Shown here: positions 8,577 through 17,334 of the stretch, one piece after another
Layout: each line of letters starts with the position of its first letter
Position numbering within the stretch: the stretch's first letter is position 1
Origin: Deltaproteobacteria bacterium
GTDB taxonomy: Bacteria > Desulfobacterota > BSN033 > WVXP01
Reading direction: 5' to 3'
DNA: 64,000 nt
Assembly: GCA_019308905.1 (NCBI GenBank)
Contig: JAFDHF010000007.1
Span: 6,533-70,532 of the forward strand
Program-made: the position numbers and the translations under genes
Notes under the pieces: model-generated
What the model was told of the DNA's origin: nothing
What the model saw: the letters and a program-made list of their open reading frames with translations, nothing else
Databases searched by the model: none

Positions 8577-9950
8577 TCATTCACCAAGCAGATCCCTCAG
8601 TTTTTCTCTTGTCCTCTCGTGCATCGTTTTTGAACCCGACTCGGTCCATTGGGCCAGAGGCACCCTGCATAGGAGCGAGGGTGTCCACATCTCCGTGCGG
8701 GCGTGCTCGAGAGTGTGGTTGCTGCTTATGAAAGCCCCCTTCTTTCCCGCATCCCTGATGACACGGTAGGCCAGCCTTTCCTCGTCCACGGCGATCCCTC
8801 CGGCGATCCTCGATACCATACCTGCCAATTCGTCGCACAGGACGAGCATCTCGAGGGACCCGGTCTTGCCCGAGGATAGAAAACCGAGGTTGTGGGTCAA
8901 ACCGGTTCCCATGAGGACAGACATCACCATGTTCATTCCCGCCTCTGCGGCCGCCTGGGAATCGACGGTGTGCGCATCGGAGCAGCCCGAGCCGGACCAA
9001 CTCGGGACGCCTATGTCGGAGAAATAGTCCGCCGTGGCAAGGCAGACCAGTCCGTATTCCGGGCTCCCGTAGCAGATGCTGCCCGTCCGCATGTCCATGG
9101 GGATAATCGCCGCTCCCGACATGACCGGTGCTCCGGGGCCCTCCATCTGGTGGACTACGATTCCTCCCAGGATTTCCGCTGCCGTCTGTGCCAGTGCTCC
9201 GGCAAGGGTCATTGGGGCAGTTGCTCCCGGCATGACTGCGGGGAAGCAGACCACGGGAAGAGACCGCTTTGCGGCGAAACGTAGCCGTCTGCATGCCTCC
9301 TCGCCGAGTCTCAGGGGAGAAGTGGGGCCGGTGAGGTCCATCCCGAAAGGCCTCTGGGAGAGAGCCTGCCAGCCACCGGCCACGTCGGCGAGAAACTGCC
9401 AGACCTGTCCGGTCTCCTTCTCGTTGTGGCCGAGAAAGGCCAGGGGTTTGCCCGTATGCTCGACCATTGCCCGGACAGTCCGTATGGCCTCTTGCTGGGG
9501 GGGGACGTCACTCGGAGCCCCAAGCGACAGGACGAGATCTATATTGGAAAGCCTGTCGCATACCCGGGCCGTCCTGACAATATCCTCGAGGAGGAAGGGC
9601 CGGTGGACTCCCGTTCTGTAGTCCAGAATGTTGAGGCACCCTGTACCCGGACTGAACCTGGGTCTGCCGTCACCGGTGTTTACGGCCACGTTGCCGTTTC
9701 GATCGTACAGTGTCAGGCTGGGGGGAACAGTGGCAAGAGACCGCGCGACCAGTTCTGGTCCAAAGAGGAGGTATCCGTCTCCCCCCTCTCGGCATCCCAT
9801 CTCCTTCAATCTCTTTCGCGTCTCTTCGTCCTGGACGTCCATGCCGATCTCGCCCAGGACCCGGAGGGCTGTCCGGTGTATCTGTTCCGTTTCTTCTTCG
9901 GAGAGGACCCGCAATCTAAGGGAATTTGATTTCTTCATCACGCTGGCCAT
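8577..9950 (-). CDS. Divergent MttB-superfamily protein, non-pyrrolysine type (copy A)
   Basis: 457 aa uninterrupted ORF. Family-like N-terminus (LSEEETEQIHRTALRVLGEIGMDV) and PGATAPMTLAGALAQ segment. Its start overlaps the stop of MopB copy A by 35 nt. Confidence 0.75.
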   Translation of the reverse strand: MASVMKKSNSLRLRVLSEEETEQIHRTALRVLGEIGMDVQDEETRKRLKEMGCREGGDGYLLFGPELVARSLATVPPSLTLYDRNGNVAVNTGDGRPRFSPGTGCLNILDYRTGVHRPFLLEDIVRTARVCDRLSNIDLVLSLGAPSDVPPQQEAIRTVRAMVEHTGKPLAFLGHNEKETGQVWQFLADVAGGWQALSQRPFGMDLTGPTSPLRLGEEACRRLRFAAKRSLPVVCFPAVMPGATAPMTLAGALAQTAAEILGGIVVHQMEGPGAPVMSGAAIIPMDMRTGSICYGSPEYGLVCLATADYFSDIGVPSWSGSGCSDAHTVDSQAAAEAGMNMVMSVLMGTGLTHNLGFLSSGKTGSLEMLVLCDELAGMVSRIAGGIAVDEERLAYRVIRDAGKKGAFISSNHTLEHARTEMWTPSLLCRVPLAQWTESGSKTMHERTREKLRDLLGE

Positions 9951-12006
9951 CCTTTTCGATCCTTACAGGCACGGCCTTGAGCAGGGGGAACCCGCTGATG
10001 GGATCGTTCACGGAATCGTAGGTTATCAGATTCACGTTGGCCTCCTCCCAGCCGTGGGTGATCTGGAGGACCCCTGGAAGGATCTGCCTTGTATGGACGA
10101 TCTTTGCCTGGATCTCCACGGCACCGATCTCCGATACTACCCGGACCCGTTCTTTGTCTCCGATGCCCAATTTCGCGGCATCATCGGGATGGATCTCCAC
10201 CTCGGGCGCAGGCACGGCGGTGCGGAAGCGGTGAATGTTACGGTATCTCGAATGATAGAAGAGATACTTCCTTGCACCGGTGATGAGGACAAGGGGATAC
10301 TCCCTGCTCGGGTGGCTCATGTAGCGAGGCGGCTCGTAGACGGGCAGTTCCGGATAGCCGAGTTCTTTCAAATAGCGGGAGGCGAATTCGAACTTTCCCG
10401 TAGGTGTCGGAAATGGTTGTTCCTTGTACTTATTGTATCTCAAGGGGCTGTATACATAGCCCTCAGGGTGTTTCTTCAGATCGTCCAGGGAGATGCCCGT
10501 CGGTTCAAGGATCCAGCGGTTGACCTGCTCCTCGTTCTCCCAGGGGAAGTACCTCTCGCCGAAACCGAGCCGGTGGGCCAGATCCCTCCAGAAGGTATAC
10601 TCGTCCGTGACGCCTGGAATATCGAGCACCTTGGTAGTAAGGGTTACGAGCTGCCGGTCCGTGTGGTAGTGGAGTTCGGACCTTTCGAGGAAGGACGCTG
10701 CAGGAAGAACGTAGTGGGCCAGTTTCGCGCTTTCGGTGAGGAAGAGTTCCCTCACGACCAGAAGCTCGAGACTCGCAAAGGCATCACGCACCTTTCTTGC
10801 ATTGGGGTTGGTGAGCACGGGGTTCGCCCCCGTCACGATGAGCCCGCGCAAGGGGTAGTCTCCCTTGCCGAGAATATAGTCCATGGCCGTCATGGTGTGG
10901 CATTCCCGGCGGAACCGGTAGAGGACGGGGTATCTGTCCGCCCCGATAGGGTTTTGATCGAGGAGGGGGAGCTCATCATAGAGTGTCAGGCTCCGCCCTC
11001 CCATCCCTTGCGGCCAGGTCTGTCCTCCCTTTACGTCGATGGCTCCGCAGAGACCGCCCAGACAGGCTACGACCCGTATGTTGTTTATCCCGTTCTCGTG
11101 GTGTTCCAGGCCGTTTCCCACGTAGTTGATGACTCTCGGCTTGTTTTGAACGATCATCTGGGCGATCTCCACGAGCCTCTGCCCCTCGATTCCTGTCTCT
11201 TTCTCGACGAACTCGGGGGTGAACCTCTCGGCGTATTCGGCAAATCCGTCAAAGCCTATCGAGTACTTCTCGACAAAGGGCCGGTCGTAGTTCCCGGTCT
11301 GGATGAGGTGGTTGGCCAGCCCCCAGGCCAGAGCGCCATCGGTGCCCGGAAAGGGCTGCACGAAGATATCCGCCTTATAAGCCACAGAGACCAGACGGGG
11401 GTCGATGACGACGAGCTTCGCCCCTCTGGCCCGGGCGTCGGCGATGAGCCTCATAAAAGGTGGATGCGAGAAGGGGAGGTTGGTTCCCCAGAGAACGATG
11501 AGGTCGGCGTTTTCAAAGTCGGGGCAGCCGTTCCAGTAACCCTGGACGAGTCCGTACCCGATGTAGCGGCCGTTGAAACACTCCGAGTCGTTCGAAAAGT
11601 AGTTGGGAGATCCAAAGGCATGGACGAACCGCCTGGCATATTCCTCCTGCTGAAAAAACCCGAGCGCTTCCCCCTTCCAAACCCCCATCGATCTCGCCCC
11701 ATAGGTCTTCTTGATGGCCTCCATTTTTGCGGCGATTTCATCGAGTGCCTGGTCGTAGGAGATCTCGCGGAAGGTTCCGTCCGGCTTTTTCTTTAGCGGC
11801 TTAAGGAGGCGGTCCTCTTTGTAGACCAGGTCCGCCGCGGCATGTCCCTTGTGGCAGATCCTGCCCCGGTTCTGTGGGTGATCTTTGAATCCCTTGATCT
11901 CCGCTATCCTGCCGTCCCTGATATGGACATCAACCCCGCAGCGCATGTCACATTGGCGGCAGAGGGTCTGGACCGTCCCGTTTCTCACGACTGTTTCTCC
12001 CGTCAT
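9916..12006 (-). CDS. Molybdopterin (Mo/W-bis-PGD, MopB family) oxidoreductase, cytoplasmic, copy A
   Basis: Close paralogue of 6297-8360 with the same CRQCDMRCG...C motif. The ATG at 12006 (MTGETVV...) follows GAGGAA and lies after the ferredoxin stop at 12018. The ORF track's start at 12135 would overlap the ferredoxin. Confidence 0.9.
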   Translation of the reverse strand: MTGETVVRNGTVQTLCRQCDMRCGVDVHIRDGRIAEIKGFKDHPQNRGRICHKGHAAADLVYKEDRLLKPLKKKPDGTFREISYDQALDEIAAKMEAIKKTYGARSMGVWKGEALGFFQQEEYARRFVHAFGSPNYFSNDSECFNGRYIGYGLVQGYWNGCPDFENADLIVLWGTNLPFSHPPFMRLIADARARGAKLVVIDPRLVSVAYKADIFVQPFPGTDGALAWGLANHLIQTGNYDRPFVEKYSIGFDGFAEYAERFTPEFVEKETGIEGQRLVEIAQMIVQNKPRVINYVGNGLEHHENGINNIRVVACLGGLCGAIDVKGGQTWPQGMGGRSLTLYDELPLLDQNPIGADRYPVLYRFRRECHTMTAMDYILGKGDYPLRGLIVTGANPVLTNPNARKVRDAFASLELLVVRELFLTESAKLAHYVLPAASFLERSELHYHTDRQLVTLTTKVLDIPGVTDEYTFWRDLAHRLGFGERYFPWENEEQVNRWILEPTGISLDDLKKHPEGYVYSPLRYNKYKEQPFPTPTGKFEFASRYLKELGYPELPVYEPPRYMSHPSREYPLVLITGARKYLFYHSRYRNIHRFRTAVPAPEVEIHPDDAAKLGIGDKERVRVVSEIGAVEIQAKIVHTRQILPGVLQITHGWEEANVNLITYDSVNDPISGFPLLKAVPVRIEKDGQRDEEIKFP

Positions 12007-12017
12007 CTTGGGATTCC

Positions 12018-12494
12018 TCACTGGTGGACCACAAGGCATCTCATCAAACGGTTGTCCACGATTCTCCTCCTCAGATCTGACAGATCCGCGGCCTCGATGT
12101 AGTTCAGGGCATGAGGCATGCAGAACATGATGCATCTCGGTTCGCCTTCACAGAGGTTGCACTTCTGGATCACATGCCTTTCTGTATTGAAATGGATATT
12201 CCCGAAGGGGCAGGCCATCATGCACATCTTGCATCCTACACAGCGGTCCTGGTCGACCACGATCGCCCCGGTGCGGGGGTCTCGGCTGAGGGCACCGCTG
12301 GGACAGATCTCCATGCAGGGTGGTGTTTCACACTGGGAGCAGGTCAGAGTCGAAATGAACCGTTCGCCGGGATAGAGGTTGACCCGAATGTTTGAATCCT
12401 CTCGCCTGAACCCCCCTGTTCCGTAAAGGGAACACGCCTGTTCGCAGTTCCGGCATCCGATGCAGCGGTCGAGGTCGATGTAGATTATTCTCAT
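12018..12494 (-). CDS. 4Fe-4S multi-cluster ferredoxin (DmsB/HybA-like electron-transfer subunit)
   Basis: Motifs CIGCRNCEQAC, CSQC..PPCMEICP, CVGCKMCMMACP and CNLC...C. ATG at 12494 preceded by AGGAGA. Confidence 0.9.
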   Translation of the reverse strand: MRIIYIDLDRCIGCRNCEQACSLYGTGGFRREDSNIRVNLYPGERFISTLTCSQCETPPCMEICPSGALSRDPRTGAIVVDQDRCVGCKMCMMACPFGNIHFNTERHVIQKCNLCEGEPRCIMFCMPHALNYIEAADLSDLRRRIVDNRLMRCLVVHQ

Positions 12495-12534
12495 GGGCTC
12501 TCCTGTTGAGACCGGGAATTCCCCGGACCCGGTT

Positions 12535-13776
12535 CTAGCTCCTGCCAACCAGAGGGCGGAGTAATCTCAGGGGGTGCACCCGCAGGTCCTCGGTCCGGGG
12601 TATCTCTCTCTTTCTGAGTATGCAGGATCTCAGGATGCCAAAAGAGGCGACGTCCTCGGCTCGGCCTATTAGGACTCCGCCCACAGGAACTCTACGGTGG
12701 AGCAGGAGCTTAACGTAGACCCCGCCTTCCCTATCGAGGTAGGCTTGTTCATCTATTTCGGGAGATTTCCTCACCATTCCCATGGATGCCACCGTCAAAT
12801 GGAAGAATTCGCTCACATTGCCGCTGAGGCTGCCCCGATAGTGAACCTCCCTCCCCGCCATATTGCTCCCGGCAATTGTGCCGTGCTCTACGGCAGTTGT
12901 CCAGAGAGCATGGGTTGCCCACCGATCTCCGAGAACAGAGGGCCCCTGGGCGACATCACCGGCTGCATAGATTCCCGGTACACTCGTCTCCATTGTGTCG
13001 CTCACCAGGATGCCCCTGTCGGTGCGAACCGAGTCGGTCTCCAGGAAAGCGATGTTGGGCCGCACCCCTGCTGCCACGACCACCATGTCCACATCGAAGG
13101 GACGCCGGTCCGCCGGGTAGACCCTGTACTGGCCCCTCGATCTCTTTTCCACCCTTTGGACAGCCGTTCCCGTCAGGACGCGGACTCTCTCGCGGCGCAT
13201 TGCCGTCTCCACCATTTCAGCCCCTGTTCTATCGAGACTCTGGGGCATGACATGGTCCATTATTTCAGTGATCGTCACCTCCAGATTCCTCTGCACCGCA
13301 ACCCATGCAAGCATGAGGGAGATAAAGCCTCCCCCCATGATCATGAGGCGCCTGTTCCCCTTGAAGCACCTGCCGACTCGGAGGGCATCTTCCATGGTCC
13401 AGAAATGCCCTATCTCCTCGCTGTCCAGGCCTCGGACAGTGGGCTTCACAGGTGAGGAACCCGAGGCGATCAGCAGCCTGTCAAAGGGGATCGTCTCGCC
13501 CGTATCGAGATAGAGCCTTTTTTGGGAAAGGTCCGTTCCTACAACCGACCGGCCCAACAGAGTCCTGACGTTGAACCGGTCATAGAAACGGGTGGACCGA
13601 TAGAAAAGACCCTGGATATCCGTCCTCCCCAAAACAAGATACGGGAGAAGAACACGGGAGTACGGCGGGTGCTTTTCAGAGGAGACCAGGAGAATCGCAC
13701 TTGTCCGGTCATGCTTGCGGAAGGCCTCGATGGCGCTCACCGCCGCGGCACCGCCTCCGATGATAACCACTCTCAT
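12535..13776 (-). CDS. FAD-dependent pyridine nucleotide-disulfide-family oxidoreductase (NAD(P)H-linked)
   Basis: N-terminal dinucleotide fold MRVVIIGGGAAAVSA, second Rossmann motif LMIMGGGFISL, and GIYAAGDVA near the C-terminal third. ATG at 13776. Confidence 0.88.
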   Translation of the reverse strand: MRVVIIGGGAAAVSAIEAFRKHDRTSAILLVSSEKHPPYSRVLLPYLVLGRTDIQGLFYRSTRFYDRFNVRTLLGRSVVGTDLSQKRLYLDTGETIPFDRLLIASGSSPVKPTVRGLDSEEIGHFWTMEDALRVGRCFKGNRRLMIMGGGFISLMLAWVAVQRNLEVTITEIMDHVMPQSLDRTGAEMVETAMRRERVRVLTGTAVQRVEKRSRGQYRVYPADRRPFDVDMVVVAAGVRPNIAFLETDSVRTDRGILVSDTMETSVPGIYAAGDVAQGPSVLGDRWATHALWTTAVEHGTIAGSNMAGREVHYRGSLSGNVSEFFHLTVASMGMVRKSPEIDEQAYLDREGGVYVKLLLHRRVPVGGVLIGRAEDVASFGILRSCILRKREIPRTEDLRVHPLRLLRPLVGRS

Positions 13777-14158
13777 CGTTCCTGCCACAGGACCCCTCAA
13801 CAAGAAGGAGCAGGCCCTTTGGGTTGTCTCCCTATGTGAAACGAGTTTCCTTTATGTTCTACCAGAAAGTACCAGCCCTCTCGGTGAGTTGTCAAGGCCG
13901 GCTCCAAGAATATCAACCCAGGAAGTGAGAATGGCATTCGGGGCCTCGCCCTAGGGGTAGCCAACCGCTCGTGCGATGTCGCCAGGGGATAGGGGCGTGA
14001 TACTGTCAGACAGAAGGGGTCTTGGACTCGAAGACTTCCACGGATGCTTGATTCAAAGCCGGGAGACCCCGGCGACAAGATTCACTTGACATCTCTGCAC
14101 GCCTGTGGAAATCTTTGAAGCACGTGACTCTGCAGTATACGGAGAGGGGTGCCAGGAG

Positions 14159-14593
14159 ATGGAGATCCTTTTGAAACCGATCGGTGTCATTCACTCCCCT
14201 TTCACGGACAAGACCGGTATCCCCGTCCAGTCTTTTCATTCGGATGAGTTGGGATGGGTCGAAGTCAACAAGGAATACGAGAGAGGGCTGAGAGATCTCG
14301 AAGGATTCTCCCACATTATCCTGCTGTATTACTACGAGACGGGAGAGACGCGCCTCGAAGTGAAGCCCGTGCTGGGGACCAGAACCCACGGTATCTTTGC
14401 CACAAGGGACCTCAGGCGGCCGAACAGGTTGGGATTCAGCGTGGTGCGTCTTCTGGAGAAGAAAGGGAACATTCTCAAGATCCGCGGTGTCGACGTGTTG
14501 GAGGGAAGCCCTCTGCTCGACATCAAGCCCTATGTGCCCGCCTTTGACGGGAGAAGCGGTTGCAGGATCGGGTGGCTTGAGGGAAAGGTGTGA
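14159..14593 (+). CDS. trmO: tRNA (N6-threonylcarbamoyladenosine(37)-N6)-methyltransferase TrmO (TsaA/YaeB family)
   Basis: Motifs PIGVIHSPF, SHIILLYYY, RRPNRLG and LEGSPLLDIKPYVP. The ORF track starts at the GTG at 14105; the ATG at 14159 is preferred. Confidence 0.85.
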   Translation: MEILLKPIGVIHSPFTDKTGIPVQSFHSDELGWVEVNKEYERGLRDLEGFSHIILLYYYETGETRLEVKPVLGTRTHGIFATRDLRRPNRLGFSVVRLLEKKGNILKIRGVDVLEGSPLLDIKPYVPAFDGRSGCRIGWLEGKV

Positions 14594-14608
14594 CGGGGGG
14601 AAGGGAGT

Positions 14609-16120
14609 ATGGGGGTTGAGAGACTCTGGGGAGCCAGGTTTGAAGATGAGATGCCCCGTCGGGTTCTCGATTTCCTCTCGGGCCGGGACCTTCGAGCAAG
14701 GCCGCCCTGTGACGAGATGCTCCTTCCCTATGACATCTGGGGAAGCAGGGCTCACACCATCATGCTCTGGAAGCAGGGAATAGTCTCGGAAAAGGACGCC
14801 CGGGAGATCCTGTCGGGTCTGAAGGAGCTCGAGAATCTGTACGTGTCCGGGCGGTTGAGACTGGAGGCTTCCCGGGAGGACGTTCATTCGAACGTCGAAA
14901 GCGAACTCACGGCACGGCGGGGGATCGAGTCGGCGGGCAAGATGCACACGGCTCGAAGCCGAAACGACCAGATCGCCCTGGACATGCGTCTCTACCTGAG
15001 AGATCAGGCATCGGGTTTCATCAGGGATTTGATAGATCTCCTCGAGAGGATCGCGACGCGGGCAGAGCGGCACGTCAGGACCGTCATGCCTGGTTTCACC
15101 CATCTCCAGCATGGAATGATGACCACCTTCGGTCACCTGCTGATGGGTCTTGCCATGCCCCTGGAGAGGGATCTTCTCCGTTTTGTGAATTGGTACGGCC
15201 TCTTCAACCGGAATCCCCTGGGTGGGGTGGCCGGGTACGGGACCTCCTTTGCCATCGACCGTCATCTTACCTCCAGACTCCTGGCCTTTGACGGACCCCA
15301 AGACCATTCGACCGATCCCATGACCAACCGTTGGGAGCCGGAAGCGGATCTGGCCTTTGCCATATCCATGGTCATGAACCACCTGAGCAGCGCTGCCCAG
15401 ACATTCATCCTGATGAGTACCACGGAGTTCGGCATGATTCGACTGGACGACAGGCACTCTGCCGGAAGTTCGATCATGCCCCAGAAAAGGAATCCGGACC
15501 TCCTCGAGGTGATCAAGGGCAAGGCCTCCTTGGCCCACGGCATGCTGGCCGGTCTCGTCTCCATGGGAAAGGGTAACATGGTAGGATACAACAGGGATTC
15601 CCAGTGGACGAAGTATCTGATTATGGATCTGATTGCGGAGTGTGCCCCAGCGGTTTCGATGATGGGAGAGGTTATAGAACTGCTCAGGGTCGATGAGGCG
15701 GTCATGGAAGCCCAGGCGCGCAGGGGGTTTCTCGGAGCCACCCATCTGCTCGAGTCGATCGTGAAACACTCGGGTCTCCCGTTCCGGCAGGCAAAGATTC
15801 TTGTGGAGAAGGCCGTGCGCCATGCGGAAGCGGCAGGAAGAGAAGAGGTGGATCTCGCCGATCTGGAGCATGCGGCGCGAGAGACCGGGGCTGAGCTGCG
15901 GCTGAGACCCGGTGATGTGGCCAAATGGCAGGATCCGACAAGGATCCTGGAGGGAGAGAGGCTTTTTGGAGGCCCCGGCCCTTCTGCTGCCAGGAGGAGC
16001 ATCTCTGCACTCAGGAAGAGACTCAAGGGATATGTCAAGTGGGAGGAGGATCGGGCCCTCCGCATCCGTCGTTCCAAGGAGGAGATCGAATCCCTTGAGA
16101 GGAGCCTGGGTGTTGAATAG
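14609..16120 (+). CDS. argH: Argininosuccinate lyase (fumarate-lyase superfamily), with about 40 aa C-terminal extension
   Basis: Motifs LWGARF, HTARSRNDQ and the lyase signature GSSIMPQKRNPD. GGGAAGGGAG RBS. Confidence 0.9.
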   Translation: MGVERLWGARFEDEMPRRVLDFLSGRDLRARPPCDEMLLPYDIWGSRAHTIMLWKQGIVSEKDAREILSGLKELENLYVSGRLRLEASREDVHSNVESELTARRGIESAGKMHTARSRNDQIALDMRLYLRDQASGFIRDLIDLLERIATRAERHVRTVMPGFTHLQHGMMTTFGHLLMGLAMPLERDLLRFVNWYGLFNRNPLGGVAGYGTSFAIDRHLTSRLLAFDGPQDHSTDPMTNRWEPEADLAFAISMVMNHLSSAAQTFILMSTTEFGMIRLDDRHSAGSSIMPQKRNPDLLEVIKGKASLAHGMLAGLVSMGKGNMVGYNRDSQWTKYLIMDLIAECAPAVSMMGEVIELLRVDEAVMEAQARRGFLGATHLLESIVKHSGLPFRQAKILVEKAVRHAEAAGREEVDLADLEHAARETGAELRLRPGDVAKWQDPTRILEGERLFGGPGPSAARRSISALRKRLKGYVKWEEDRALRIRRSKEEIESLERSLGVE

Positions 16121-16326
16121 GGGGGTGAGGGGGCGGAAGTCAGAGTTCGGGAGCGATGGGATCGGACGGGCATGCCTGCTTTCCGGATATGGGAGGATGA
16201 CGAGGTGGGGGCGCCCCGCCCATAACGTGCAGCGTTGGGCGTGAGAAGAGTAGGGGTGGGGTTTACCCCGCCCGTAGTGTTTAGGACCGGGAAACCATCG
16301 AGATGCCGTATCGGCGAGAACCGAAT

Positions 16327-16968
16327 ATGAAGGGGTTCAAGGTCGTTGTTTTCGACCTGGACGGGACGCTGACCACCGAGAGGAGCATCTGGCAGCATAT
16401 TCACAGGGTGCTGGGTACTTGGGAGGGTCACGCCGAGCATTTCCAGAGGCTTTTTCTTGCGGGGAGTATCTCTTACGAGGAGTTCTGCAGGCGGGACGCC
16501 ATGGTGTGGAAGGGCATGAGGGCCGATGACTTGAGGGCAATCGCAGACTCGGTTCCCTACCATGCGGGGGTGTTTGAGCTTCGGGACTTTCTCAGGGCCA
16601 AGGGGTTGCGGCTGGCAGGGATCTCGTCAGGCCTCTCGATACTTTCCACGAGGGTGGAGCGGGAACTGGGCCTCGATTTTTCGGTGGCCAACGACCTCCT
16701 CGTAGAGAAAGGGGTCCTAACAGGGGAGGTGAGGATCAAGGTCGCCCATGACGGCAAACGGACCTGGATGGAAGAGGTGATGAGGAGGTTCGGTGTCCAA
16801 GGCAGAGAGATTGTCGCCGTGGGGGACAGCCGGGGTGATCTCGGGATGTTTTCGCTGTCGGGCTTCCGGGTCTCCTTCAATTCCTCTTCTCCGGAGCTCG
16901 TAAGGGAGGCCGACCTGGTTGTGGAGAGTGCAGATCTGGCCGATCTTATCCCGAGGCTGCCGTTGTGA
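16327..16968 (+). CDS. HAD-IB family hydrolase (phosphoserine-phosphatase-like)
   Basis: Motif I FDLDGTLT and motif IV GDSRGDLGMF. An alternative ATG at 16303 would add 8 aa. Confidence 0.75.
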   Translation: MKGFKVVVFDLDGTLTTERSIWQHIHRVLGTWEGHAEHFQRLFLAGSISYEEFCRRDAMVWKGMRADDLRAIADSVPYHAGVFELRDFLRAKGLRLAGISSGLSILSTRVERELGLDFSVANDLLVEKGVLTGEVRIKVAHDGKRTWMEEVMRRFGVQGREIVAVGDSRGDLGMFSLSGFRVSFNSSSPELVREADLVVESADLADLIPRLPL

Positions 16969-17124
16969 CCGCTTCTGTGTGGCGTTTTGCCCGGCCGATT
17001 GGAGGATGCCGAGTTCCGCCTGCGCACGGGGGAATGGGGGAGAGATGCTGCTCCACCGTTTGCGCGACAACGCTCGTGGACAGGGGTGTCCTCGAAAAGT
17101 CAGGAAACTCCACCTGGTTTTTTC

Positions 17125-17153
17125 TTGACACATACTTCGATTTCTTCTATACT
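17125..17153 (+). promoter_or_regulatory. Sigma70-type promoter of the CUT1-like ABC operon
   Basis: TTGACA (17125-17130), 17 nt spacer, TATACT (17148-17153). Confidence 0.6.
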
Positions 17154-17334
17154 TGCTGCCTAATAAAGAGATCTCCCCGATGGGGCAGACGGTAAGGACT
17201 GGCACCCGATCTCTGCTGGAAATTCGGGATTTGTTTCAAGGTCTGGTATTCTGACGTCTTAACAGGGGAGAGATCCCTCTGCAAGGTTTGCTCGCGGTCA
17301 CTTTCGAGTTCCTTGGGAAAAGACTTTTCCTGCC

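Noticed and set aside
9628-11796. 722-aa plus-strand ORF
   Set aside because: It is antisense to MopB copy A, which has clear Fe-S and molybdopterin motifs. It has low-complexity composition and no RBS or motif support.
14006-15871. 621-aa ORF on the minus strand, the longest unexplained ORF in the track
   Set aside because: It lies fully antisense to argH, which carries the canonical GSSIMPQKRNPD lyase signature. Its translation is Arg/Pro/Gly/His-rich with no recognisable motif, as is typical of GC-rich antisense frames.
16254-16273. GGGTGGGG-TTTA-CCCCGCCC hairpin after argH as a terminator
   Set aside because: It lies 130 nt past the stop and is followed by only a weak T tract (GTAGTGTTTAGG). 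It is plausible but not well enough supported to list.
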